Shown here in pieces: positions 15,248 to 29,580 of a stretch of DNA of 64,000 nucleotides. The position numbers and the translations under genes are program-made. Where the stretch lies: the NCBI RefSeq assembly GCF_006345805.1, contig NW_021831731.1:1-64000 (forward strand). Direction: 5' to 3'. A model generated the notes under the pieces. The model did no database searches and was not told the origin of the DNA. It was given only the letters and a program-made list of their open reading frames with translations. How positions within the stretch are numbered: the stretch's first letter is position 1; every line of letters starts with the position of its first letter. The DNA comes from Octopus sinensis (lineage: Eukaryota).

Positions 15248-16820
15248 CTCTGTATGTCTGTCTGTCTGTCTATGTATGTATCTCTCTATGTGTGCGTGCT
15301 TGTGTGTGTGTGTGGTGTGTGTGTGTGTGTGTGTTTGTGAGAGATTCAGTGTGATGTATAAGGGCGCTGTTTTACTCACTCAGATAATGACAACCATATT
15401 TCTTTGCATGTGTATAAAAGGTGGTTGTATATATGCAGTTGTCAGCAAGCGGTGGTAAATTTTGATCCTTTGTGAATATGCACGCATATGAACAGATGTA
15501 CACACACACACACACATGAATATATGTGTATGTTGATATATGTGTTTCAATATACGTATGTATTTATTTATGTTTGTATATTCATGCGTGGATGTTTATG
15601 CTCACAAATATTTTGTGAAAATTGCAAGCGTGTACATACATATATATATACATATATATTTGCGTCCGCACGCATGCGCACACTCACACGTACATGAATG
15701 TAATATACACGAATGGACGTGTGCATATCTGTGTATATGTGTGTATGATTGTACGTGCGCTTTACCTTTCTCTCCTAATCTAGTTTAACGTCTGCCAATA
15801 ACGGATTTATCTTTCCTTATCTCACGACGACCTCCCAGTAATTGGAATCGGCTAAGTGACTCTAATAATCGACCGACCTTACATTAAGACATTATCCAAG
15901 CTTTTCTGTCCGCAGAAATGATTGGTCAGTCGTTCGGTCTTTATGAAGCGTAGATCAACGTGGTTGCATTGCTGCCATCTTTATAGCATCAGTTTCAGTT
16001 AGTTACACAGACTGATGGGATAGATCGGAGTACTGGTTTAAGTTTGTTATTGCATTATTGGGTAGAAATGGACGTAAGTGCTTGTAATCGTCATGTTTTG
16101 CGCGTATGTGTGTGTTTGTATGTATACGCATGTATGTATTTATCTTTGCGGATGTGTCTGTAACTTTTGAATGTCTTTGGGTTTGTGTTGATGTATGTGT
16201 AAACACGGTTGTTATTTTTCCTATTTACGCTTATGAGTTTACTTGAGAGAGTAACACGGTGTAGATGTAAATTGAACTATTATATTAGATAAAGGAACTC
16301 AATCTCTCTCTCTCTCTCTCTGTTTTCTCTCTTTATTGTTCTCTCTCTTTTTCATTCCTCGTGTCTACCTTGCTTGGGAAAACTATTATTCTAGCACACA
16401 AGGCAAACGCCAAATATCGTCTCAAGCGAGGTTCTTCTAAACTTGTTTATAGTGCCAGATGACATTATGCAAATTAATTTGAAGGTCAAAAGACATTTCA
16501 GAATGATGAAGTCATTGTCGAAAAACTCATTTCTTTGAAACTGATTTGGAAGTTTTCAATGCAAACTTATTTGTGGAAACGTAATAACCCCCCCCCCCCA
16601 ATCACCAAACCACCCCACAGCTTATAGAAAATAAACACACACGTACTTCTCAGAAATAACTTCCTATCACGTACTATTGCATATTCTGACGCATTACACC
16701 AGTTCTCTCTCTCTTCCTCTCTCTCCTCTCTCTCCTCTTCTCACTGTTATGCACACACTTGGGCACACATAATCATATACGCACAATGTGTGTGCGTGCA
16801 TTCTCGAGAGTACTTTAAAT

Positions 16821-16860
<40 letters not shown>

Positions 16861-17244
16861 TCCATTAAATCTAGAGAAGAAAATGGAGAGTTTATGGTTA
16901 ATAATACACACACACACACAAACACACACATATATACAATAATATGCTTATATAAATATATATATATATATACACACACACATACACATATATATATATA
17001 TATATACATTTATATGTACATACACATGCATATATACATACATATATATACATCATTTTTCGATCGAGTAAGCATGTTATTTCATTTACATGAGTTTTAT
17101 ATCAAATTGTTTTCATTATGTATTACATATACTAGTATATGTTTTACAATTGTTAAATTGTTACATTATATTCACATATATACACATACATATATACATA
17201 TATATACATGCACATATACATACATATATATATATTCGAGTATG

Positions 17245-17420
17245 CATGCATCACCTTGTAGAGTTTAGTCAAATAAATCGATATCAGTACCTTTTCTAAA
17301 GTCTGGTACTTGTTTTATAGGTTACTTTTTGCCGAACTGCTATGTTACGGTGCCGTAAACAAACTAACACCATTTGTCAAGAGGTGGTGGTGGACAAACA
17401 CAAAAACAAGCACACACATA
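17245..17420 (-). mobile_element. Diverged 3' fragment of SINE family A
   Basis: gccgaactgctatgttacgg...gtaaac...tgtcaag is the reverse complement of the family A body. Confidence 0.6.
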
Positions 17421-17449
17421 GGTATGTGTGTATTATATATATATATATA

Positions 17450-18300
17450 GGATGTGCATGAGGTATTTCTGGACATACCTTTTTTGGGTCATTGCTGTAT
17501 TTTTTGTTAATTCTGTATAATCTTAAATAATAATGGTAGACCCTCTGTCTTTTTTTTTCGTCCTTGTTTTCGTATCCATTCGCTGCTTTCTTCCAAGGAA
17601 TCTAGTGCTCTTAGCTTAGTTTTTCCTTGGGGCTGGCCAGATTGGAGCAATCTCGAGTATAACCAGCCGAAATTGCAAAGATAATCTGGACTGAGGAAAG
17701 AAAACTCTGAATGACCCATCCTTGTTTTCTTTTTATCGTCTGTCAGGATGTTTTGTTGTCCCTTTTTTTGCATCACATTACTGTCTGGATGTTTTGCGTT
17801 TTTGTCGCATTTTTATATCTTTTATACATGCATACACACAAACACACACACACACACGTACGTACGTACGCATACATACATACATATATATATATGCATA
17901 CAGGTATACATATATATGTATATATATGCACACATATATATATGCATACATATGTATCTGCATACATATATATATGCATACATACAATATATATGCTTAT
18001 ATATGTATACGTACGCATACATACATATATATATGCATATATATGCATACAGACAGACATATATATATATGCATACATATGTATCTGCATACACATATAT
18101 ATGCATACATACATATATATGTATATAGGCTTTACTTCCAGCATAATTTAATTCGTCCTTAGTCGAAAGACACCCGTTGTTAATGTCCTGTTATTTGTAA
18201 TTGTGCACCATTTTCCGTTTTTTCCCCGTCCTTGTTTTCTTTGTATCGTCTGTCTGGATGTTTTGCGTTTTTGTCCCATTTTTGTATTTTTTATACATAA
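17450..18300 (+). mobile_element. Modular repeat with three related gtccttgttttc blocks and an HHR-like relic (17688-17721)
   Basis: Blocks at ~17560, ~17718 and ~18228, separated by unique DNA or microsatellite. Relic reads gga-CUGAGGA-a-aga-aaac-ucu-GAA-ugaccca-ucc. Confidence 0.45.
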
Positions 18301-18349
18301 AAATATAGCGGCGTACGTACACTTTGGTCTTTTATATGTATGCTTATAT

Positions 18350-18383
<34 letters not shown>

Positions 18384-18444
18384 CACACACACACATAAAT
18401 TAAGAAATGGAGTTAAGCGCAAGGTGTTACTCAAATCTTTATAC

Positions 18445-18530
18445 TTCCGACATATGTTTCGAAGAAAACATTAGTATTATTCATGAGTGAATAAAATGAT
18501 GTAAAACAATGTAATCATCTCGTCAGGGAA
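18445..18530 (-). ncRNA. Type-I hammerhead ribozyme with long stem II
   Basis: Minus strand reads uucc-CUGACGA-[59 nt including hairpin uuauuca-cuca-ugaauaa]-GAAA-cauau-GUC-ggaa. Core intact; palindromic ACAUAUGU stem III. Confidence 0.75.
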
Positions 18531-18917
18531 AAAATGGCTTATTGAAGTGTTTTGTTTCTCTTTTTCCCTGACGAGATGAAGTCAAAAATATAAAAGGGAC
18601 CTCTTCTGAACTATTTAAAACAATTGGATAAACTCACAATGACGATGTCAGACCAGCCAACAATTCAAGGATACACTCAGGGTAGATCAACTGCTAGAAA
18701 CTCAATCACAGACCAACTTCCAACCATAACGCGAAACCAAAACCAAAAGAAAATAATTTAAGGTGGTGCTCCAGCATAGCTGCAGTCCCACGACTGAAAC
18801 CATTGAAAGAATAAAAGAAAGAAAGGATAATGTAATATAGAATGATATGATCAATATAATATATGATATATTATGAGGAGAGAGAGAGAGAGAGAGTGTG
18901 TGTGTGTTTGTGCGTTC

Positions 18918-18953
<36 letters not shown>

Positions 18954-19804
18954 AAGAGAGAGAGGAGAGAGTAAGAGAGCGGGAAAGAGAGTGAGAGAGA
19001 TGTGGGGAAGGTAAGGTATTGCGAGAACTTAATTAAGAGATATTTAGAGAAAGCTGCGTTACGATTTATATCATTCTGCCGTTAGTGGGGAAAATGTTTG
19101 TGCGATATTGAATGATATGAATGTCAAGCTATCATGATCTTTTAATAATGATATCTTTACTATTATTGATGACATCCTGATCTTGCTCAGGCACCCTCCA
19201 TTTAGTCATGTTATGTTTACAGGCAAAGAAAAGTTTCCGACAAGAACATTATCCTTCAAGATGTTTATGTAGTATTCGACGTGTGACCTTAACTTTTGGT
19301 CCGGACTATCCAGCATGTAACACCAATTAAATTTATTCCCGGACTGTTTATTATTCGAACTCGATATAGATAAAGAAACACTGAATATATAAGATTGGCT
19401 ATTTGCTCACTCTCGTTTGCAGAGACGTATATAGATAGATTAGTTACTTGACGTTATCTAGCTTGGTACATCCCTGGTCAGAAATATAACTATTACCGTG
19501 TTCTCGTTGTCTTTCCTCCTGGATGAGTATTCATATACGGCTCTGAAACAAATAAAGCATTGTGGAATCAAGACTAAAAGGATAAAACATCATACTGCAA
19601 TCTTCTAGTTTATAAGTTCAATTCTGCTATGCGCCTACGTTCATCAGCAGTTGGGAATAGGTACCAAATAATCTTGAAATGTTAAGTGTAATAAATTGCC
19701 ATGCTATACGTGAGTAGATTTATCTATCAGTTATTTCGTGCTCCAAAACAAGATATAAACATAAGTTCTCAAATAATTAAGTCATTTGTACTAAAATATT
19801 AAAC

Positions 19805-19947
19805 AGGCGCCAGCGTAGCTGTGTGGTAAGAAGTTTGCCTCCCAACTAAATTGTTCCGGGTTCAGTCCCACTGCATGACACTACCCCGAGAAGGCCAAAA
19901 TCTTGTGAGTGGTTTAGTAGACGGAAACTGAAAGAAGCTCGTCGTGA

Positions 19948-19978
<31 letters not shown>

Positions 19979-19996
19979 TGTATGTATGTATGTATG

Positions 19997-20031
<35 letters not shown>

Positions 20032-20225
20032 GTGTTTGTATTTACCGCCCCACCACTTGATAATTAGTATTGGTTTGTTTATGTTCCCGTAAACTAGCAG
20101 TTCGACAAAGCAGAGAATGATGAAACAAGAAAAAAAGTACTGGGTCAGATTTGTTCGACGAAGCCTTTCAAGGCGGTGCCCTCGCATGGCTGCAGTCTAA
20201 TGACAGAAGCAAGTGAAAGACAGAA
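19805..20225 (+). mobile_element. SINE family A, diverged, internally deleted
   Basis: gctgtgtggtaag...gggttcagtcccactgc...gacggaaactgaaagaagc...gcatggctgcagtc. Confidence 0.75.
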
Positions 20226-20687
20226 GATGAATTGATCGTTCTTTCATGAAATTCGTCCTAAGTTTTGCCAAAATTAATTCTCCCCGTTTAGAAAGATTCG
20301 CGTTATCTTGGGTTCCTTTTGCGAAGTCCTCTATGGCGCAAGCATTCGGATCAGGTCTCCTATTTGAGAATAATTTCACCCATTCCTTCCATCTGAGGTT
20401 CTTGAAAAGGCGACGAGCACTACTTTTCCTTCTTTGGAGAAGCCATCAGGAAAGGTGATTGTTCGACAGATTACTCCAGAGCAATAATTATCGGGCACTT
20501 GGAAATAATGAGATGTTCTTATTTTCTTCTCATCTTTGGAACATCCTCTTAGTCATAGTTCTTTACCCCATTCGACTATTGGCACTAATCGGTCAAATAT
20601 AATCAGAAATATTCTGTAGCCATCGGTCTCATAAGTCTCAGGAAGATGTCCTGTTTTCCTTCGTTGATAGCAGTGTATTCTCTAGGG

Positions 20688-21013
20688 CAGGCGTTCTCAA
20701 AGTGGGCGCTACTGCCCCCGGTGGACGTTGAGACGGTCCAGGTTGGCGCTGGTACCTAAATGGGTGGTGGGGGGGGGGGCTGCGGTAGAGAAATAGGAGG
20801 CGTTGGGAGGAAGGCAGTGGATTGGGGGATGCTATGAATTTATTATAATATTATTATAGTATTGTATATAAATTAGATAATACATTAAATATTAAATGAT
20901 TCATAGTATATATAAATTAGTCAAATATGAATATTTCTTTATACATGAAAATAGGTGTAGGGCGCTGAGGGTATTATATGGCCATGAGCCATATAAATGT
21001 TTGAGAACCTCTG
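20688..21013. mobile_element. hAT (Charlie/Buster-type) MITE, 326 bp
   Basis: TIRs CAGGCGTTCTCAAA / TTTGAGAACCTCTG; perfect 8-bp TSD ctctaggg at 20680-20687 and 21014-21021. Confidence 0.9.
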
Positions 21014-21854
21014 CTCTAGGGTATCATCATAGATTTTCTCTGTGAATTCTATAATATAGAATGCAAGAGTGGATGTATTATTATGTTGTCCAGCAGACTA
21101 ACATTCAGGGTGCAAGGAATTCATCCAATCGACTTGCATTTGTCTCGGAATTTAACTCAGAGGAGCTGATTAATTGTAGATATGGCTACCCCATGAGAAA
21201 CCACCGTACCTGCTCACTATCCAGGAGTCGACTCTGTAAACACTTCAGCTTCATTGTTTGTCGGTCCACCATTCGACGTAATACCGCAAAACGCAGATGG
21301 AGCGTATAAAAAACATCGAATCTTTCTAAATAATGATTAAAATATTCCAGCTGAAAATCTCCGTCGTCTTTTGACATCGTCTTGTGGGCAAAAATATCCA
21401 AAGCAATGTAAGCGATATTCACCCCTGTTCGTATTGCAATTAGTGTTACTGTTGTTTCATTAAGTGCTATTGTAATAATTTAAATTCAGGGTTATTTTCC
21501 TTGCCAAAGTCAAACTAGTGTTTTTCTTTCTAATTACCCCGGGTATAAATTTAATTAATTAAAATTTCTCAATTCACTCAAGTATTTTAGCGCCCACTTC
21601 AATATTAACTATATTTATCGGTTAGGCTACTGGATGAAAGATGTTAGCAACTCATCTTTCCCCCTATTATATTCTTCCCCTCTCATTGTCAAACTCTTAT
21701 AAAAAAATAAATGAAAAATCTCTTAAAAACAGTTCAGTATCTTCGTTTCCTTAGCTTTCAATAATATTCGATAGATGAATGCAAAAGTATTTTAATCTTA
21801 TATTTACCAAAGGAATGCTTTCCATTTTAAACCACATCATCAACAGTAATTCTT

Positions 21855-22922
21855 TCTAGTTTTGGCACAAGGCTGGCTATTTTGAGGGGAAAGGTCAAGC
21901 CGATTACATCGATCTCTCCTATTTGACCGCTATTTTATATTATCGTGTCTGAAAGGATTAAAGGCAAAGTTGATCTCGGTGGGATTTGAGGTGGAAAAAC
22001 TACCGTTAAACGTTTTATTTGACACACGAACGATTCTGTCAGCTCGCTGCTTTAGAATAATAATGATAATCCTTCCTACCATAGGTACAAAGCCTAAACT
22101 ATTGTGGGAGGAGATAAGTCGATTATATCAACTTTGAAAGAATGAAAAATAAAGTCGACCTTGACAGAATTAGCCGAGAACGTAGAGAGCCGGTGAAAAT
22201 GCCACATAACACTGTCCAACTCACTAACGATTCTGTCTGCTAGCCGTGTTCAAATAATGATAATGATTTCAAATTTCGGCACAAGGCCAGCAATTTCTGG
22301 AGTAGGGGTAAGTTGATTACATCGACCCCAGTACTCAAACGGTAATTTTTATCGAGCTTGAAAGGATGAAAGGTGAAGTCGACCTCGGTCGAATTTGAAC
22401 GCAAAATGTGTAGACGGACGAAATGCCGAGTAGCATTTTACCTGGCGTGCTAACGGTTCTGTCAGCTCGCCGTATTAAAAAAATAATAATAATCCTTTCT
22501 ACTATAGGCACAAGGCCTGAAATTTGGGGGAGGGAGATAGTCGATTACATCGACCCCAGTACTCAACTGGTACTTGATTTATTGACTCCGATATGATGAA
22601 AGGCAAAGTCGACCTTGGCGGAATTTGAACTCAGAACGTAGCGACGAGCGAAAAACCGCTAAGTATTTCGTCCAACGTGCTAACGACTCTGCCAGCTCAC
22701 CGCCTTTAATTGTTTCAAATTTTGCCACAAGGGCAGCAATTTTGGTGGAGAGGATGAGTCGATTATATCGACCCCAGTGTTCAACTGGTACTTATTTCAT
22801 CGACCCCGAAAGGATGAAAGGCAAGGTTGACCTCGGCGGAATTTGAAATCTGAACGTAAAGACGGACAACATGCCACTAAGCATTTTCCCCACCGTGCTA
22901 AAGTTTTTGTTAGCTCGCCGCC

Positions 22923-22924
<2 letters not shown>
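21855..22924 (-). mobile_element. Head-to-tail array of five SINE family B copies
   Basis: Units ~21855-22052, 22068-22250, 22265-22473, 22490-22706, 22712-22924, each with gaaaggatgaaaggcaaagtcgac-like and agctcgccg-like motifs. Confidence 0.85.
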
Positions 22925-22977
<53 letters not shown>

Positions 22978-22997
22978 CAACAGCAACAACAACAACT

Positions 22998-23407
22998 AGG
23001 AGTGGCTGTGTGGTAAGTAGCTTGCTTACCAACCACATGGTTTTGGGTTCATTCCCACTGCGTGGCACCTTGGGCAAGTGTCTTCTACTATAGCTTCGGG
23101 CCGACCAAAGCCTTGTGAGTGGATTTGGTAGACGGAAACTGAAAGAAGCCCGTAGTATATATGTATATATATATATATGTATGTGTGTGTATATGTTTCT
23201 GTGTCTGTGTTAATCCCCCCAACATCGCTTGACAACCGATGGTGGTGTGTTTACGTCCCCGTAATTTAGCGGTTCGGCAAAAGAGACCGATAGAATAAGT
23301 ACTAGGCTTACAAAGAATAAGTCCTGGGGTCGATTTGCTCGACTAAAGGCGGTGTTCCAGCATGGCCGCAGTCAAATGACTGAAACAAGTAAAAGAGTAA
23401 AAGAGTA
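22998..23407 (+). mobile_element. SINE family A, full length
   Basis: Matches 5913-6389 end to end. Confidence 0.85.
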
Positions 23408-23459
23408 TAATAATATAATAATAATAATAATAATATAATAATAATAATAATAATAATAA

Positions 23460-23931
23460 TTTGTCTTGGTATAAAAGATGGGCTACAGCAAATATTCTGC
23501 TCAATACCACAGATTTGCTTGTCAGTTGTTTGACTTTAACCAGTTGAGCATGTCCCTTAGTGGCTGACGATATGTGCATCTCTGATCACGAGCAGAAGTA
23601 GTGGGGGAGCATCATAGCCATGTGTTGAGAGATTCTTTAGGGTTTGAATAATACACCTCTGGAAACATGGGTGGTTCTTTCAACATCCTTAAACAACCCT
23701 TATTCAGGACCTTTTGAGCAGGATGGGCTACTCAACCTGAAGAAAATTCTAACTGGCCCTACCTGCAAGGTCATGTGCTGTTTATCTTGATATGAGATCA
23801 CCATGTCGCGCACATATGGTTGTGATGCATGTGCCTGGTGTACCCTTATCAGACGGGTAGTCATGATGGGTATATTGGGCTTCGTATATTTTACCCCAGT
23901 GTCACTTTGATGGCATGAACTGCTCTCTCAC

Positions 23932-23933
<2 letters not shown>
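23460..23933 (+). mobile_element. (TAA)n-embedded non-coding element family C, 5'-truncated
   Basis: Near-identical to 34782-35291 and 53268-53825; (TAA)n on both sides. Confidence 0.85.
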
Positions 23934-23987
<54 letters not shown>

Positions 23988-24989
23988 TTCTTAGGTTGGG
24001 ACGAAGCTAAAGATATACGGGGAAGAGACTGGTCGATTGAATTTATCAAATATCTAGTTGGTGCAGATTTTTCTTTTTACTGGCTCTAGAGAGATTTGAA
24101 ATCAAAACTAAGTCTTCAGTTCTACCAGTTCTGGCAAGAAACCCACCGCCTTATCTGATGATACAGATAATTATAATTAAGGCAGCAGCAGAAACAGCAG
24201 CAGCAGCAGCAACACCACCACCACCATCACCACCACCGGTGTAATGAGGTATCTTTAATTGCCCAATCAGCTTCTCCACCAACAACATAAAAATATCCTT
24301 TTATTATCAGAGTTATGAAATATCTCTGAGGACCGATACAATCTGTGTGTAAGTTTGTAAAAGATTACTCTGTGTGTTTGTGTGTCTGTGTTTGTGCATT
24401 AATGTAGCAACACGGCAAAGTGTTTCGTTTTAAATCAATTAAAATTGTTTGTGTGTGTAGCATGTGCGTGTACATTTTTGCGTGCGCGTGCGTGCGTACG
24501 TGTGTGTTTGTATGTGTTGTGGGATGTAGTAACTATGTGTATGCACTCAAGTGTGATATGGGAAATAGAGTTCGAATATGTTTTAGTTCATTACATCAAT
24601 ATTTATTGCATCCGAACGCACGCACATCCGTGTGTTGATGCACGCACGCATGCATGCATACTGGATTCTAGTAGCCTTATGAAATCCTAGTTATGTGTGT
24701 TTGTTCTCTTTCAAAACCTCTTAATCTTGTCCTTTATGCAGGAAGAGGGTAGGAGATATTTGTATGGAGTGGCTCTGTTGGAATTTGATTTTATCAGTCA
24801 CTTTTAAGTATTTCCCTGTGTCCACAACAGAACGTGCATTCATTTTTCCATTATACAACCGGCGGCAATGTTTTCTGTTCATGTCCGAGATTACAGTTCA
24901 TGATGAATATGTGTATACACACTTACACACGCACACACACAGACACGTATGCACACACATACACACACACACAGACACCTATGCACACA

Positions 24990-25026
<37 letters not shown>

Positions 25027-25357
25027 TTACGTATGTCTAAGTACGTGTAAAGATATATATATATATTATGAGTACATACTCAATACTCGCACAGTATGGA
25101 CACAACGAGTAACTGATATCAGAATCTATACATGCTTACACACACACGCGCGCGCGCACACACTCAGAGACAGAGGCACGCACACACGCAGGCAATGTGT
25201 ATTTAATTATCTGTCTCACATATCACACCTCTCATCTATGTCTCTCTCTGTTTTTCTCTCTCCCTATTGTGTTTGTAGATGCGTGACTGTTGTACATATG
25301 TATGACTGTGCAATCAGGCAAGCATACTCGGGTAAAGTGCGTGTGGGCCATACAGAA

Positions 25358-25418
<61 letters not shown>

Positions 25419-25500
25419 ATGTATGTATGCCTGTTTACACACACATTTATGAATACATACATACATACATACACACATACATACATACATACATACATAA

Positions 25501-25576
<76 letters not shown>

Positions 25577-25697
25577 TTATATACCTATGAAATAGGGTGT
25601 ATATGCATATACTTGCATATGATTTTGATTAACTCTGCTTTCTACCTCATAAACTTGAGTCTTTGTGCATGGTGTATATAGACTCACGGACAGCTAC

Positions 25698-25754
<57 letters not shown>

Positions 25755-25949
25755 TGTATTCTGTGTGTGTGTGGAGTCTGTGTTTGATGATGATGATAAT
25801 GTTGATGATAATAATAACATTTATGTATGTATTTGAATATATAAAAAATTATCTACTCACACAGACACACAGACAGACACACACTCGCACACACACATGT
25901 GCCTGTTCATATCAGCTTACATACATATGTATATATGTCTATCTGTCTG

Positions 25950-26055
<106 letters not shown>

Positions 26056-26399
26056 AGTATGGATGAATGTATGTATTGTGTATGTGTCTGTGTGTGTTTG
26101 TTTATGTATGTAATGAAGGTCTCTTTTTCCTGTATTTCAATATACTGTGTGTGTGTGTTTGCATTGCGTGATTCGTTAAGCTGTTGTTAAAACGTGCGGT
26201 AAGATTTCTGTAATACAATGAGCTCGGGTGTTAGCTTTATTTATTTGTTTATTTATTATTCATTTTGCTTCTAATTTCTTTAATTTTTTTATTTATTTCT
26301 CTATAACGTGATTTGATGTCAATAAAACCCGTCAATATTGAAATGACATTAACAAACTCCTATCTCATGGATGGAAAAAAGAGATATGGGGAAAGGTAT

Positions 26400-26461
<62 letters not shown>

Positions 26462-27408
26462 ACTCACACTCACACACACACACACAGCAGCTGCAAACAA
26501 GCCAGTAAATAACAAGTAGAATAACAAACAACAAGGGTAACAAACAAAATCAACATCATCAGCAACATCTGTTACAATAGCAGCAACAAAGACCTCTCTT
26601 AGATTTCCGCCAATGCATAGATTGCATTGAGCCATCAATTATTTTTTCTTGATTTTGATTTATATATATATTTTTCAGAAAAAAAAATATAGAAAAAAAA
26701 AACCTTTTAACGCAACTGCTTGTCTTTGAAAATGGTATAAAATACATAAAGAAAGATTAAAGCTAAATCAGTAAAAATGTGGAAATTTAAAAAAAAAAAG
26801 ATAAATAAAGCAAGAATAAAAAAAATGAAGTTAGAAATAGGAAAAGAAAAACATGAAAGAAATTGTGAGAGTATGAGATAGAGAAATAGAGACAGAAGAT
26901 ATACAAACTAAAGATAGCTAGATAGATTAGTAGATAGATAGATTGATATACCTTAGAGTTTGTGAAGGAAAGAGGGAGAAATAGGGTAAGAAAGAGAGAG
27001 AGAGAGAGAAGGAGAGAAAGTGAAAGTGAAAGTAAAAGTGGAAAATAGAGATAGAGAAAGAGGTAGTATAGAAGGAAAAAAAGTCACGTAAAAAAGCTTT
27101 CAGTTATTTCATGGTGGCAAGAAGTTTGTGGCCTTGTCTTAGTTTGAAAAAGTCGATTATCTATGTTTTAACGAATATACTTTTCTAGATAAACATTAAT
27201 TCAAACGTAAAAAAAGTGAATAAAATAAATAAAAAAAAAAATAAAACAGAAAAGAAAGAAAGAAAGAAAGAAAATAACGAAACCAAATCAAATCCTGACC
27301 ATAGGGTTATTGGCGCCACATAAATCGAATACTGCCTTTCAATCGCTGCAGATTGATGTTCCATAAAGGTGAAGTTTTTTTATACAGACTACATACATAT
27401 ACATACAT

Positions 27409-27474
<66 letters not shown>

Positions 27475-28779
27475 ACACACACATGTTTATATGTATGTAC
27501 ACTCGCTATTCGGTGTGAAGTATAACACAGGGTAAACCTTCTCTAAAACCATATTGATGTAAACAAAGATAAGGTTGCACAGTGAAAAACGCCTATCTGT
27601 GTGTGCATATGTGTATATGGGTCTGCGTGTATATGTACGCGGTAAAGAATAAGGCTTAATACACTAGTTTTAAGCTTACTTGGTAAGACATCATATTATA
27701 CATTAGAAAGAGATTCGATTCCCTTAAGCAGTGATGATTTTGCTTCGTTCAAAAGGACTTTTGTACATTTGTTTTTGTGATTTAAGTAGAAGGCGACAAA
27801 GTTATTGAAAAGAAATGCAATGTTACGATGTTCAGGTCATCTGATCTCCAAGAGCATTAGCAGTATAAGTTACAAGCTTAAACGGAGAATCGAAATCATG
27901 TCATGAGCTGGGCAGGCTGTGACCTGAAATATTACTTTCAAGTCATCAGCCAAATTATATTTGTTTCATTTGACTATTCACAATAATTGTATACAGTTAA
28001 TGAAGTCAGAAGTTGTGAAGTTCATGCATTTATCAAAGTCATTAGCGGTATAAAGAGAGAAGAAAGAAATAGCTTGGAGTGAGTAGCAGAATTACACCAA
28101 GGGAATTCTTATAAACAATTTGACTTATTCATCTAACTGATACCCACCCCACACAAATCAGCTCCAGTTTATAACTGGTACTGTGGGATTGAAAAGCAAA
28201 GTTGGCCTCCGCGGGATTTGAACTCAGAGCGCGGGATTTGAACTCACAAAAAAATTCTGCAAGGCATTCTGTCCGGTTTTCTAATGGCTCTGTGAATTCA
28301 TTGTTATCGATTGAATCTAACTTAGCACTTCACTGAAATTTATTCAGATGTATGAAATAGGAGGGAGGGTTCTATTTGACCGTTCTACCTGTTAAATATA
28401 GCAGCCATATCTCCCTATAACCACACACCACTGCCTCTTTGAAAAATATATTGGATAATGTAGTCTGGAGCACGCAATACTTGAAAACTAAAAATCGAAA
28501 AGAAAAAGAAAAAGTGACTGAGTGGTCATGACTGGAATTCTTTTGATCATAGGTCTGCTTGATCATAATTGTCTTTGGGGCTAAATAAGAAAAAACAACG
28601 TCTACGACGGCTACGACAATAACAATGATGGCAATGACTACAACTACGACGAAAGCAGCAAGAGCAATAGCAGACATTTATAGATCTCGGAGGGATCAAA
28701 TTCTGTCAATTTTGGCGAGGTGCTGAATACAAAATAAGGAAATATCAAACTAAAATATCGTAAAGCACTTATTTTCGTG

Positions 28780-28820
<41 letters not shown>

Positions 28821-29362
28821 GATCACATGTCATCATGTAGCCAGCTAGTAAACACATTTCGTGATGGACGCTCATGTATAACATGACAGAGTTGGTTGTT
28901 GTAAGCTACTCAACATACACGCACAAAAGCTCACAAGCAGATTTAAAACAGGGGCTCAGATTTAATGGTAAGGGTGACCGAAACAATTGGGGAGAAGTGG
29001 TCTGGCTGGCTCAATACTGTGTACTCGCGTACTTTTTCGTTGTTTTTCCGATTTCTATAGGGGATTTGACTTTAACAGGTAAAGTGAATGAACGACCCTT
29101 TAATAATTATAGCGCTTTGGTCGTTTCGTTACATTCCTCATAACAACGGAATTAAGTATGAAAAGTGACTAGGCTTAGCGACTATTAAACGCTATAGAAA
29201 ACGGGGCTAACTTCGAGGCTTCAGTCTTTTGGAAATTTAGCGCCGATTCAAGCTATCATACATTTTGTTTGTAATTCAGCAGTCTTCCGACCCAACATGT
29301 GACAGTACAACTGCAAAATAAACCATTTGATATGAAATACGGAGAAATATATGGAGTATTTA

Positions 29363-29580
29363 GAGTGGCGAACTGGCAGAATCGTTACCGCGTTGGGCAA
29401 AATGTTTAGTGGCATTTCGTCCGTCTTTTATGTTCTGAGTTCAAATTCCACCGAGGCCGACTTTGCCTTTCATCCCTTCCGAGGTGAATGAAATAAGTAC
29501 CAGTTGTGTACTGGGGTCGATTGCATCAACAAGCCTCCTTCCCCGAACTTGCTGGCCTTGAGCTAAAATATGAAATCAAT
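29363..29580 (+). mobile_element. SINE family B
   Basis: ggcgaactggcagaatcgtta...gagttcaaattcc...gcctttcatcccttccgagg...aagtaccag. Confidence 0.8.

Noticed and set aside
20230-21430. Possible ancient LINE endonuclease fragment on the minus strand around the MITE
   Set aside because: Only vague similarity; no diagnostic motif could be read.
21855-22924. CRISPR-like repeat-spacer array
   Set aside because: Units are ~210-bp SINE copies in eukaryotic DNA with no cas genes.
23563-23600. CTGACGA...GAAG in family C as a hammerhead
   Set aside because: No GAAA, and no stem I or III complementarity.
27914-27951. Hairpin with AUGA on the minus strand resembling SECIS or HHR
   Set aside because: Plain Watson-Crick hairpin without the GA quartet or HHR topology.
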